Shown here in pieces: positions 11,001 through 19,105 of a stretch of 47,401 nt of DNA. The position numbers were made by a program, and so were the translations under genes. The stretch comes from Opitutia bacterium (GTDB taxonomy: Bacteria > Verrucomicrobiota > Verrucomicrobiia > Opitutales > T3Sed10-336), in the NCBI GenBank assembly GCA_050506795.1, contig JBJHCF010000012.1, positions 1-47,401 on the forward strand, given 5' to 3'. The notes beneath the pieces were generated by a model. The model worked only from the letters and a program-made list of their open reading frames with translations. It was not told where the DNA came from and made no database searches. The stretch's first letter is position 1, and every line of letters starts with the position of its first letter.

Positions 11001-11135
11001 CAGAAGCTGCAGCGGCATGCGAAACAGCGCGATTACCGCCAGCAGGACGATCAGCCCGGCAACCACTCCCACCGCCAACCGCCGGCCGGCTAGAAATCGA
11101 AGCAGGTTGCCCAGAATATCCCGCATGACCGTCAA
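8052..11135 (-). CDS. RND efflux transporter permease (AcrB/CzcA family)
   Basis: 1027 aa, two large periplasmic loops with TM clusters, 'LLPEVRYP', 'RVRPIALT' motifs; start may be 11126. Confidence 0.9.
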   Translation of the reverse strand: MTVMRDILGNLLRFLAGRRLAVGVVAGLIVLLAVIALFRMPLQLLPEVRYPQVRVIGDLPGQTSAVIEESVNEPLEPALAGTPGLVRMESRSGDGRSYIDLFFEPGHDMDRALREVEQGVQRARDRIPAGFPEPRIFEVATSGEPALHFAFGSDRLTPAELRQRLRSSLLPRLRAIDGVDMVFMGREEDPELVVDLDPSRQRSLGISLEEVEMTLMEATAPPSGGTLLTEDFEGMGVLGEAVWQEERLLARTFSAGGDARATVPLSSFAQAYRAPSETSLRTRLDGSSAVLVTVYRSPQARSLRMAREVRRTVDTVMERRGFEDVRTTLLFDDSVVTSGAVRSVMVAAGVGSLLAMGLVFFTLRQGRRVVLVGVVVLVGLACAVLALAGAGMSLNLLTLAGLLISVGLGLDYAIIYFDRLNRRSSSSENDPVEAMLDVATPLFGALLTTVAAVLPFLLVEGLVALLFRPLILTVIFSSVFAYLAALVMLPVFTRPEGEERKEARPAPLRPWPGAFWRTARSAWVTGPVFALLLVGGVILVRVPPFEVLPVVDDGFVDVRIVHPAGISPDAMDRVTRRVEGALMEVDGTAGLFTTVGGYFREGLPSFRPGTANFMVRVDTLSGDRPSAAWARDARAAIDELQVMGLSVRVQLPRIRGVRTRLSDADIEVILTRPDGNLLALSEIEAEVEEALRGVAGLADVERMRGGVSPRWRIEPDYAALSNYGVSPGELRRTVDYAMEGKVLVRRMERGDPLSLRVRYSRDYAGGPQHMESLVIPASGGGWIHLAEVSRFDLVEEPTHIERRENQRVVRLGAQLDPGGPGPARVAAEVESTLASLDFPDEISWWLEGEVEALEETRRTFGLALSLALLMVLLILAVQYGSFIWALAGWLTIPLCGVGSLVLLVLMGQSLDAMVLAGLLISVGIVANSMILVLSETRWRLQLDERLDLSEALAYASRSRVRPIALTVASTVLGMSPLLLGGSEVFGLLRPLAIALTGALLLSIPLACFLLPGLLHRFVTLRQAVRRS

Positions 11136-12199
11136 CGGGCCTCCCCATGGGCCGCCACCCGACGGCCTTCGGGCTGCGAACGGGGCTCAAAACGCATAAT
11201 GCGGTCGCCGGCCTCCAGTCCGTCCGCCACTTCCACGCCGTGCGACAAACCCGCGCCCAGCCTGACTTCCCGACGCTCGATCACCGGCGGATCGCCGGAC
11301 ACCAAAGCCACCCAGTTGCGATCATCATCCCGCGCCACCGCCGTCCATGGCGCCACCAACGCCTCACGCTCCTCGGAATAAACCAGTTTTCCCTCGATCG
11401 GCCAATCCCCAGGATCGTCTTCAACCCACACTTCCACACTCACGAATCCGTTCGGGACGTCCGCATCTTCGACGGAAACCACCCGGGCGATCGACCAGGC
11501 GCGTCCCCGGGAATCCGTAAGGAGCAGCCGATCCGAACGATTCAAATACGGCCGCTCGCGAGCAGGCACGATCAATCGCATTCCCAACGCATCGTCGCGC
11601 CGAATTTCCAACAAGGGCACTCCGGCGGAAACCTGCGCCCCTGTGGCCGCAATCACCCGAGTCGCCAACCCGGACACCGGCGCCCGCAAGGCGCCACCCT
11701 CCAAGCGGGCCTCCGCTTCGCCCAATGACTCTTCTACCTCCATCAGTCGCAGCCGAGCCTGCTCCACCTCGGCAGGTCCCGCCGCATCCGCTTGAGCCAG
11801 TTCCTCCCACCCGGAAAGTTCGGCCTCGAGAAGCATCCGGCGCTCCCGCAACACCATTGCCCGCGCTTCCAATTCGGGCTGCCGCACACGCACCAGCAGA
11901 TCGTCGGCGGCCACGGTATCGCCGTCGCGCACCACGACCTCGGCCACCTCTCCACCTTCCCGCGCGGATACCGCGTGCGTCCGCAACGACTGCACAATGC
12001 CGGTCCATTCCCTGCGCGTCTCGACGATCTCCTCCGACACGGTGACCACCGCGACATCCGGCGCGTCGTCAGCGGCCGCGGTATCGTCGGTTGTCTGCTG
12101 ACATGCCGACCATAAAACGCAGCCCGCCACAAGAGTTCTCGCACTCCATGTCCCAAACCTTTTCGCGACGGATTCCCATCTTCTCCGATTTCGGATCAT
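11132..12199 (-). CDS. RND periplasmic adaptor (membrane fusion protein)
   Basis: Lipoyl half-motifs (GEVAEVVVRDGDTV; LRAPVSG), helical hairpin, 'GLEAGDRI'; ATGA overlap with TolC gene. Confidence 0.85.
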   Translation of the reverse strand: MIRNRRRWESVAKRFGTWSARTLVAGCVLWSACQQTTDDTAAADDAPDVAVVTVSEEIVETRREWTGIVQSLRTHAVSAREGGEVAEVVVRDGDTVAADDLLVRVRQPELEARAMVLRERRMLLEAELSGWEELAQADAAGPAEVEQARLRLMEVEESLGEAEARLEGGALRAPVSGLATRVIAATGAQVSAGVPLLEIRRDDALGMRLIVPARERPYLNRSDRLLLTDSRGRAWSIARVVSVEDADVPNGFVSVEVWVEDDPGDWPIEGKLVYSEEREALVAPWTAVARDDDRNWVALVSGDPPVIERREVRLGAGLSHGVEVADGLEAGDRIMRFEPRSQPEGRRVAAHGEAR

Positions 12200-13536
12200 A
12201 AATTCAGGATTCCTCCCCCTTCTCCCAACCACACGGGCAGCGCCTCCAGCGCCGCCAGGATTTCCGCGTATTCGACAAGCAGTAGAGCCAACTCCTCGCG
12301 CAATTCGATTTCCCGCAACCGCGCGTCAAGCAAGGCCTCGCGCCGCTCCGCCACTTCACGCCAGGTTCCCACCCCCCGCTGCCAACGCAGAGTCGCCGCG
12401 CGCGCCGCTCGTGCAGAGCTTTCGACCAGCGCCTCGGCTCCCGCCAAACGCGACTCCGCTTCGTCAAGTCCCGCTCCGATCTCCCGGGTCCGATGCGAGT
12501 GCACTTGGCGCAGTCCGGCCGCTTCCGCTTCCAGCGCCCGGGCCCGCCGGCGTTCCGCCAAGGCTCGCTCCCGCTGCACCCCACTGGTGTCCGGCGACCA
12601 CACCAGCCGCATACCGCCGTAATATTCGTGCTTCACCCGGTCCTCGAAAGCCTCCGAAAAATACGGACCGGTCGCTCCGAAAGCTTCAATGCGCCAACGA
12701 TCGCGGCGAAGAATCGAATCCGCCTCCGCACGTCGCTCCTCGGCGAGCAAACGCAGTTCCGCCAGGGCAGGGTTGTCCTCGACCTCGGGCATCGGCGCAA
12801 TATTGTCAAACCGCGGACGTACGGGAGAAGGAGCAACCTCACGGCCGGCTATGGCGGTCAGGCGGGCGGACAGCGCGTCCTTTCGGCTCCGGGCATCGTG
12901 CAGACGCTCCCGGTACAGAGATTGAGCCTCTTCCAGCCATTCGCCCGCCGAAGCGGGCTCGACCCCGCTCCGAACCCTGTGAGCCACACGTTCCAGCAAG
13001 CCGGAGAAGGTCGCTTCCTCATCCTGTAACGACGCCACTTTTTCCTCGGCGGCGGAAGCCTGCACGTAAAGTCGCGCCATTTCCGCGCGATAAGCATAAT
13101 CGAATGCCTCGCCCGCGTGAACGATACCCTGACGGCGCAATTCCACCGCGCGTTCGCGGGCGGCGCGACTGCTTTCGTACAGGAGCCAATCGACCCGCGC
13201 CAATATCTCGCCGCGGCCGGCAACCCCTTGATCACGTTCTTCGCCCGGGCGCACCCGTTGACCATAATCGCCGGAGGCTTCGACCGACAACGAGGGAATC
13301 CTTTCACGACGCACCGCCCGTGCTTCCGCGTCCTCGGCCATGGCGCCGGCACGGGACGCCTCGTAACCGAGATGGTTGGCGACCCCGGCCTCCCAAATTG
13401 AATGCAGCGAACGCAACGGCCCCTCATCCTCCGATGCGAAAAGCGAGAGCCCTCCCGCCAAAACGAATCCCACCGGACAAATCACCCTTTTTGCTGATCG
13501 TAGAACCGCACAGCCACGTATTGCTCGTGCCAGCAT
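12196..13536 (-). CDS. TolC-family outer membrane efflux protein
   Basis: Two helical/beta repeats (PSLSVEASG...), position in RND operon; start uncertain. Confidence 0.75.
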   Translation of the reverse strand: MLARAIRGCAVLRSAKRVICPVGFVLAGGLSLFASEDEGPLRSLHSIWEAGVANHLGYEASRAGAMAEDAEARAVRRERIPSLSVEASGDYGQRVRPGEERDQGVAGRGEILARVDWLLYESSRAARERAVELRRQGIVHAGEAFDYAYRAEMARLYVQASAAEEKVASLQDEEATFSGLLERVAHRVRSGVEPASAGEWLEEAQSLYRERLHDARSRKDALSARLTAIAGREVAPSPVRPRFDNIAPMPEVEDNPALAELRLLAEERRAEADSILRRDRWRIEAFGATGPYFSEAFEDRVKHEYYGGMRLVWSPDTSGVQRERALAERRRARALEAEAAGLRQVHSHRTREIGAGLDEAESRLAGAEALVESSARAARAATLRWQRGVGTWREVAERREALLDARLREIELREELALLLVEYAEILAALEALPVWLGEGGGILNL

Positions 13537-13656
13537 TCCCCAGACCTTTCCTACAACCAAATTTAAGTCAAGCTTCCCGCTCGCATTCGATTCATAGACC
13601 CTTGGCGTTTTCCGGACCCGACACCGCCCTGAACCTCTCTTATATCTGAAAGAATC

Positions 13657-13682
13657 TGTAAGATTCCCGTGCGGGCGGGAGT
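13657..13682 (+). promoter_or_regulatory. TGTAAGAT-N11-CGGGAGT motif, copy 4
   Basis: Exact motif and spacing; ATG about 12 nt downstream opens only a 5-codon frame, probably a decayed gene. Confidence 0.5.
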
Positions 13683-13996
13683 GAGTAGGGTGTTATGAAA
13701 CACTCAGTTTGAGCGGGCAGCTTGAGGCACTGCTGGATGACTACAGCCAATTTCAAGAGTCCGCTACGGAAACCCTCATGGATCACCCCGATTTCGACGA
13801 AGCGGATGCCCGGAGAATGCTGGATCGGAGCCTGGAAACCGGCCCGAGAAGAAGGGATGATTCAAATCGCTGACGGGCATTCCGGGGTGGCGGCGGTTTA
13901 TGGCATGGTTTCCGTAATCAGATCATCTTATGGACGGAGAAAGCATTCGGATTTCCTATGCAAAACGGGCGTAGGTAGGGAGTATGGATTTTGTTT

Positions 13997-14010
13997 TTGA
14001 TACAAATCAA
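13997..14010 (+). promoter_or_regulatory. FNR/CRP-family box TTGAT-ACAA-ATCAA
   Basis: Perfect match to TTGAT-N4-ATCAA consensus about 40 nt upstream of CDS at 14050. Confidence 0.75.
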
Positions 14011-14049
14011 AGTACAATGAGGGTGCTTGTTTAGATTGAGCATGCTCAA

Positions 14050-14436
14050 ATGAAGAGACGAATTTCCGTTACATTTCTTATTATTGCCTGGGTCAGTGCC
14101 CAGGGGGTGGTTTGGGATGTGGCGCAGGCGGTGGCCTGGGGCAAGATGTTTGCCGGGTATATTCAGACGGAGACGGTCGGCGATTCCCTGCGACTGACTT
14201 TCGACCAGCAGAAGCCTTGCGGGTGGTGTCTCTTCATTCAGGAAGCAAGAAACGCGGAAAACGATTCCGGACGCAAAAGCGAGCCGGAGCGTGATGCGGG
14301 ACGTTTGATTCTGGCGCTGCCGCAAAAGGAAGGGTGGCATCCCGATCCGCCCGGGTGTTTTGTTTTGCGTGAGCTCGGTTGGCATTCGGTCAGCTTTTTG
14401 GGTACGGGCCGGACGCCGCCTCCCAAACAGGTCTGA
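14050..14436 (+). CDS. CxxC and C-terminal polyproline small protein (DUF2946/CruR/CutF-like leader)
   Basis: Hydrophobic N-terminus, KPCGWC, C-terminal RTPPP; directly upstream of a Cu-type TonB receptor. Confidence 0.6.
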   Translation: MKRRISVTFLIIAWVSAQGVVWDVAQAVAWGKMFAGYIQTETVGDSLRLTFDQQKPCGWCLFIQEARNAENDSGRKSEPERDAGRLILALPQKEGWHPDPPGCFVLRELGWHSVSFLGTGRTPPPKQV

Positions 14437-14715
14437 TTTTCCGTGCGCAGGAAACACCTTCGGTGATCGGCGACTTGGATCGCATGCGGTACCGGGACAC
14501 TCTGTTCCCGGTGCCGGGAGTGCGTTTTACGCCGGGGAGGAATCCCGGAGGGAATTCGAAAACGAACCAATCTGCGCGAGCGTAGACTGTCGAGTCGCTG
14601 GAACGCTTCGAAGGCGCTGACGGTTGCAGCGTAATTGATGTCCTGTGACGGCGGCCTCATTGCGCGCGGAATCGGAAGGAACCTTTAAACGAAACCATTT
14701 GAAACTTATTCCTAG

Positions 14716-16749
14716 ATGAAAGCTTTTACATTATTGATATTGTTGGGTACGCCGGTCTTGGCCGTCGGACCGATCGTTGAAATGGATCCGGTCCGGGTGG
14801 TGGATCCGGGAACCGGGCATGACGAACACCGGCGGGGTGAGGCGATCGCCCTGGCCAAGCCGATCGATGTGTCGGAAATCCTGTCGCGGCAGTCGCCGGC
14901 GTTTACCTACGTCCGCAAGGGACCGGTTGCCGGAGACTTCCTGCTCCGGGGATTGGGGAAGGACGATATCGACGTGACCCTGGACGGCGGACGGATTCAG
15001 GGCGCCTGTCCCAATCGCATGGACCCGCCGGCGTTTCACGTCAGTTCCCAGCAAATACGCAGCATCACGGTGCGCACCGGTCCGTTCGACGTCGAGTACG
15101 GTTCCTCGGTGGGAGGGACCGTCCGGGTCGAAACCGGACTGGATCCGGATGCGCCCCTGTTACAGGCGACCGGGTTCCTGGGCGAGTACGAGTACTACGG
15201 GGCCGGCTTGCAGGTTTCCTCTGCTCATGAGCCGCTGGCATTGGGAGGGGGCGTCTTCTATCAGGAGGGCGGTGTTTACAAGGATGGGGGCGGCAATCGT
15301 TTCACGGATGCTCCTCAGGGCAATAACGCCTACCGGCCGGGGGTGTCCGGGGGCAAGGCGTTTGCCATTTGGAACGCGCAGACGCAGGTGGAGGTGCCTC
15401 AGGGGGAGCGCGGTTTGTGGGAGGTGAGCGCCGGTTACAATGACGCCCGGGACGTGCTCTATCCGGGGTTGATGATGGATGCGATCAAAGACGTTTCCTG
15501 GCGCGGAAACGTGAGATATCGTCACCGGACGGAACTCGACTGGGCCGAGGAATGGTCGGTCCGCGTTTCGGGAAGCTTGGTGGACCATGACATGCAGGAT
15601 CGTTTCCGCCAGAGCTCGCAAATGAATCCCGCCTTCGCGCAGCGCGGCTACATGATGAGGACCGAAGCGGAAACGAAGGTCGGGGAAATCGCGCTCACCG
15701 CCGAGGGCGGCGTTGGGTATTGGGATTTTCGGTACGGTGTCGACTACCGGGAATACCGCTGGAACGCGGATAATATTATCATGTTGCAGGAGAACGATTT
15801 TATCCCCGATACGCTTTCCCGGCGGGGCGGCCTGTGGGGGGTCGGTCTGCGCGATATGGGGTTTTGGGACCTGGAGATAGGGGCCCGATTCGATGTCGGG
15901 CGCACCCAGGCCCGTCGAAACATCGATTTCCTGCAGGATGCGCAGGACACTTCCACCAATCGGGTCGACGACTTGTTGCCGGCAGGCTATGTGCTGCTCG
16001 GTCGCCTGTTGGATCCCGCCCACCGGATCGAGTTCGGCGTCGGCCACGGCAACCGGTTGCCCACCGGCGAGGAGCGTTACCGGCAACTGAATCACCCGAA
16101 TCCGGCGATGCCGAATCGAGTGGGGGATCCCGATCTCCGTCCGGTGCGCAGCACGGAGGTGAGGAGCTCGTTGGCCGGATCGAAGGAAATGGTCTCGTAC
16201 CGGGGCGGTGTTTTCCACACCTGGCTGACCGACTACATTTACCCGGTGGGGCGTACCGACGGCGGGAGTGATTTCAATACCTTCGACAATGTGGGTGCCC
16301 GCCTCTGGGGCGCCGACTTGACCGGACGGGTGGAGTGGAGCGATCTCCTGAGCACCGAAGCCGGCATGGCGTGGCAACGGGGACGCAAGTCCACCCTGGC
16401 GCCGGGCATGAACGATCGTGTGCTGGGTGAAATCCCGCCCTGGCAGGGGCGATTGGCGATGGTGTTTACACAGGATTCCTATCGGCTGATGGCGGAAGGA
16501 TTGTTCTCCGACAGTCAGTCGCGCATCGACGAGGAGATCGGTGAACAGCGAGTGAGCGGCTGGGGCGTCATGAACCTGCAGGCCGATTGGCAACTGGCCG
16601 AGAATCTTTTGCTCAGTGGAGGCATCGACAACGTGTTCGATCGCGAATACGCCACCAACAACGCCTTTGTGCGCGATCCGTTCAGTGCGGGGGTGGTCGT
16701 GAATGAACCGGGACGGTTTGCGTATATGCGAATACAGGCTCGCTTTTAG
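14716..16749 (+). CDS. TonB-dependent receptor, OprC/NosA-like copper receptor
   Basis: Signal peptide, plug with GACPNRMDPP (CxxxM), 'LMMDA', C-terminal 'GIDNVFDREY...EPGR...RF'. Confidence 0.85.
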   Translation: MKAFTLLILLGTPVLAVGPIVEMDPVRVVDPGTGHDEHRRGEAIALAKPIDVSEILSRQSPAFTYVRKGPVAGDFLLRGLGKDDIDVTLDGGRIQGACPNRMDPPAFHVSSQQIRSITVRTGPFDVEYGSSVGGTVRVETGLDPDAPLLQATGFLGEYEYYGAGLQVSSAHEPLALGGGVFYQEGGVYKDGGGNRFTDAPQGNNAYRPGVSGGKAFAIWNAQTQVEVPQGERGLWEVSAGYNDARDVLYPGLMMDAIKDVSWRGNVRYRHRTELDWAEEWSVRVSGSLVDHDMQDRFRQSSQMNPAFAQRGYMMRTEAETKVGEIALTAEGGVGYWDFRYGVDYREYRWNADNIIMLQENDFIPDTLSRRGGLWGVGLRDMGFWDLEIGARFDVGRTQARRNIDFLQDAQDTSTNRVDDLLPAGYVLLGRLLDPAHRIEFGVGHGNRLPTGEERYRQLNHPNPAMPNRVGDPDLRPVRSTEVRSSLAGSKEMVSYRGGVFHTWLTDYIYPVGRTDGGSDFNTFDNVGARLWGADLTGRVEWSDLLSTEAGMAWQRGRKSTLAPGMNDRVLGEIPPWQGRLAMVFTQDSYRLMAEGLFSDSQSRIDEEIGEQRVSGWGVMNLQADWQLAENLLLSGGIDNVFDREYATNNAFVRDPFSAGVVVNEPGRFAYMRIQARF

Positions 16750-16803
16750 CGGTACGCTTTTTTCATGACGGTCCCGGGGCAAGGACCTTTGCTCCCCTGG
16801 ATT

Positions 16804-16817
16804 TTGATCTTGGTCAA
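16804..16817 (+). promoter_or_regulatory. FNR/DNR/NnrR-type box TTGAT-CTTG-GTCAA
   Basis: One mismatch to consensus, upstream of ric. Confidence 0.6.
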
Positions 16818-16819
16818 AT

Positions 16820-16843
16820 AATAAAGAAAAAAGAATCTTTATT
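16820..16843. promoter_or_regulatory. AT-rich palindrome AATAAAGA-N8-TCTTTATT, candidate Rrf2/NsrR-type operator
   Basis: Perfect 8-bp inverted repeat between the FNR box and the ric start; Rrf2 gene in the same cluster. Confidence 0.5.
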
Positions 16844-16881
16844 TCTTGTATTGCCGTTGGTGCTGGCCCAGGATGGTTTCC

Positions 16882-17616
16882 ATGAGCCATTCACAAGTTG
16901 TTTTTTCTCCGTCTGGAACAGCGCTGCCCGACCGGTCGGTCGGGGAGTTGGTCGCCGAGCGTCCGGGGCGTTCGCGGGTGTTTCAGGCGCACAACATCGA
17001 TTTTTGCTGTCAGGGTGGAACCACGCTGCGGGAGGCCTGTGAGCGAAAAAGGGTTTCACTGGACACGGTGGTGACCGAGTTGGAGCGGGAGCAGCAGGAT
17101 CCGGTCGAGCCGGAATCGAATCCGGCGGAATTGCCCCCGCACAAGCTTTGCGATCACATCGTGCAGCAGCATCACGATTTCCTCCGTCAGGAACTGCCTC
17201 GCCTGCACGCCATGTCGGAGCGTGTGGCGCGGGTGCACGGTGGTCACACGGCTTCGTTGGTCGAGGTCTATCAGGTTTTTACCGGCATGGCTAACGAGTT
17301 GTTCGCCCACATGCAGAAGGAAGAGCAGATCCTCTTCCCGGCGATTCAGGCGATGAGCGAAGATAAAGCCGTGCCGGAATCGTTGGAAGGCCCGATATCT
17401 GTGATGGTGCGGGAGCACGACGAGGCGGGAGCCGCTCTTGAGAAACTCAGCAATTTAACGAACCGCTACGAGCCGCCGGCCGACGCCTGCAATACCTACC
17501 GCGCGTTGTTCGCCGGTCTGGCCGAACTGGAGGACGACCTGAAGCGCCACATTCACCTGGAGAACGCGGTTCTGTTTCCCGCCGCCCGCCGGATGATCGG
17601 TGAGGAGGCTTCCTGA
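16882..17616 (+). CDS. ric: iron-sulfur cluster repair di-iron protein (Ric/YtfE/ScdA)
   Basis: IDFCCQG, HHDFLRQELP, HMQKEEQILFP, ACNTYR, HIHLENAVLFP. Confidence 0.93.
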   Translation: MSHSQVVFSPSGTALPDRSVGELVAERPGRSRVFQAHNIDFCCQGGTTLREACERKRVSLDTVVTELEREQQDPVEPESNPAELPPHKLCDHIVQQHHDFLRQELPRLHAMSERVARVHGGHTASLVEVYQVFTGMANELFAHMQKEEQILFPAIQAMSEDKAVPESLEGPISVMVREHDEAGAALEKLSNLTNRYEPPADACNTYRALFAGLAELEDDLKRHIHLENAVLFPAARRMIGEEAS

Positions 17617-17725
17617 CCCGGAATCGTGTAAACGCGGCGGTATCTACGCACATCGGGCTTGGAATCGGCCACAAAGAGCACAAAGATCACAGAGAGATTA
17701 CGTTTATCCTGAGCCAATTCTGACC

Positions 17726-18148
17726 ATGCAACTGTACGGAAAAACCTCCGCTCACGCCATCGCGGTGATGAGCTACCTGGCCGCCGATCCCGATCGGCGG
17801 GCGGGCGCCGAGGCGGTGGCCAAGGCGCGCGGGCTTTCCCGGCCGTTGGCGGCGAAACTGCTGACGCGTTTGGCGACAGCGGGACTGGTTACCGGTCAGC
17901 CTGGTCCGGGGGGCGGGTACACGTTGGCCCGCCCGCCGGAGGAGGTGAGGTTGAGCGATATCGCCGAGTTGTTTGAGCCGCGGGATCCGACGGTGTTTTG
18001 TCCGTTTGGATTCACGTGCTGTGAAAAGGACAAGCCGTGCGCGTTGCACGACCAGATCGCCGCGTTGCGCCAGTCGGGACGCCGGTTTTTGGAAAAGACC
18101 CGTCTGTCGGCTTTTGCCGGGCAGACGCTGGAGTGTGGTACGAAGTGA
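17726..18148 (+). CDS. Rrf2-family transcriptional regulator
   Basis: HTH plus 'GLV..PGPGGGYTLARPPEEVRL.DI'; Cys cluster CPFGFTCC..PCALH. Confidence 0.9.
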   Translation: MQLYGKTSAHAIAVMSYLAADPDRRAGAEAVAKARGLSRPLAAKLLTRLATAGLVTGQPGPGGGYTLARPPEEVRLSDIAELFEPRDPTVFCPFGFTCCEKDKPCALHDQIAALRQSGRRFLEKTRLSAFAGQTLECGTK

Positions 18149-18227
18149 TGGATACCTTCCGAAGTTCCGCGAACGCGTGTCCTTCGCGGAATCGATTGAT
18201 CGTAATAGAGCCTTGGAGACAAATACC

Positions 18228-18731
18228 ATGCTGACCGCCTCGCGACTTGTTGGAAGGAGTTCGCGGGAAGGTTTTGCGGATTCTCCCGAGGTGATGAGGC
18301 TCACCAACCTTTGTGATCGCCTTGAATGCGGTCACTTCCGCCTGTCGGGTTTATTTGTCGATCTGATCGCCGGTTGCTCCGGCGATTTGAAGGAGCGAAT
18401 CACGATCGTCGGGCGCCAGGTGTTGGAACATCTGCGGCAGGAGGAGGAAGTCTTGTTCCCGTTGATACGCGAACTGGACGAGACTGGCTCGGTGAGCGAG
18501 GAGGGGCGAGCGGAGTTGGGTCGTCAAATGAAAGCCATGCGTGACGAACATGGGCTGCTGGAGGAGGTGCTGGACGATCTTGAATCCCTGGAGATCGAGA
18601 GAGAAGGCGTATTCGACGAGCGTATGAAGGACGGGCTTTCCAAATTGACCGACGTTCTGCACCGACAAATCCACGAGGAAAACCAAATTCTTTACCGGCG
18701 GGTGGCCGGTTTGGTGCGAATACCGGCATGA
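18228..18731 (+). CDS. hemerythrin-domain protein (Ric C-terminal-like)
   Basis: HLRQEEEVLFP, EH, IHEENQILY motifs; start uncertain. Confidence 0.75.
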   Translation: MLTASRLVGRSSREGFADSPEVMRLTNLCDRLECGHFRLSGLFVDLIAGCSGDLKERITIVGRQVLEHLRQEEEVLFPLIRELDETGSVSEEGRAELGRQMKAMRDEHGLLEEVLDDLESLEIEREGVFDERMKDGLSKLTDVLHRQIHEENQILYRRVAGLVRIPA

Positions 18732-19096
18732 AATCAGTGAACAACACCCCCCTCGTCTATTCCTGTTCCGGCGCGTCCAGCGCAGCCCAGATGTGCAATC
18801 ATCTTGCGGTCAGACTGGACCGCGAAGGCGTTGCGGAAATGTCGTGCATCGCCGGAGTGGGAGGGGATGTGAAACCCTTGGTAAAAACCGCCAAATCGGG
18901 GCGTCCGCTGATCGTGCTGGATGGGTGTTCGCTGCGCTGCGCCGGACAAATCCTCGCCAGGCACCGGCTCCGTCCACACCGGCACGTCGTGCTTTCCGAT
19001 CACGGGGTGAAAAAGCGAAAGCATGAGGACTTCTGTCGCGAGGAAGCGGATACGATGTATCGGAAGATTCGCGACGAAATGGCGTGTGCGGAGTGA
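18728..19096 (+). CDS. DGC-domain putative zinc-binding protein
   Basis: YSCSGAS, MSCIAGVGG, LDGCSLRC. Confidence 0.88.
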   Translation: MKSVNNTPLVYSCSGASSAAQMCNHLAVRLDREGVAEMSCIAGVGGDVKPLVKTAKSGRPLIVLDGCSLRCAGQILARHRLRPHRHVVLSDHGVKKRKHEDFCREEADTMYRKIRDEMACAE

Positions 19097-19105
19097 CGGT
19101 TCCCG

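Noticed and set aside
13665..13680. TCCCG-N6-CGGGA as another copy of the array palindrome
   Set aside because: Inner bases do not pair, flanks differ, and it falls within the TGTAAGAT-N11-CGGGAGT motif; probably coincidental.
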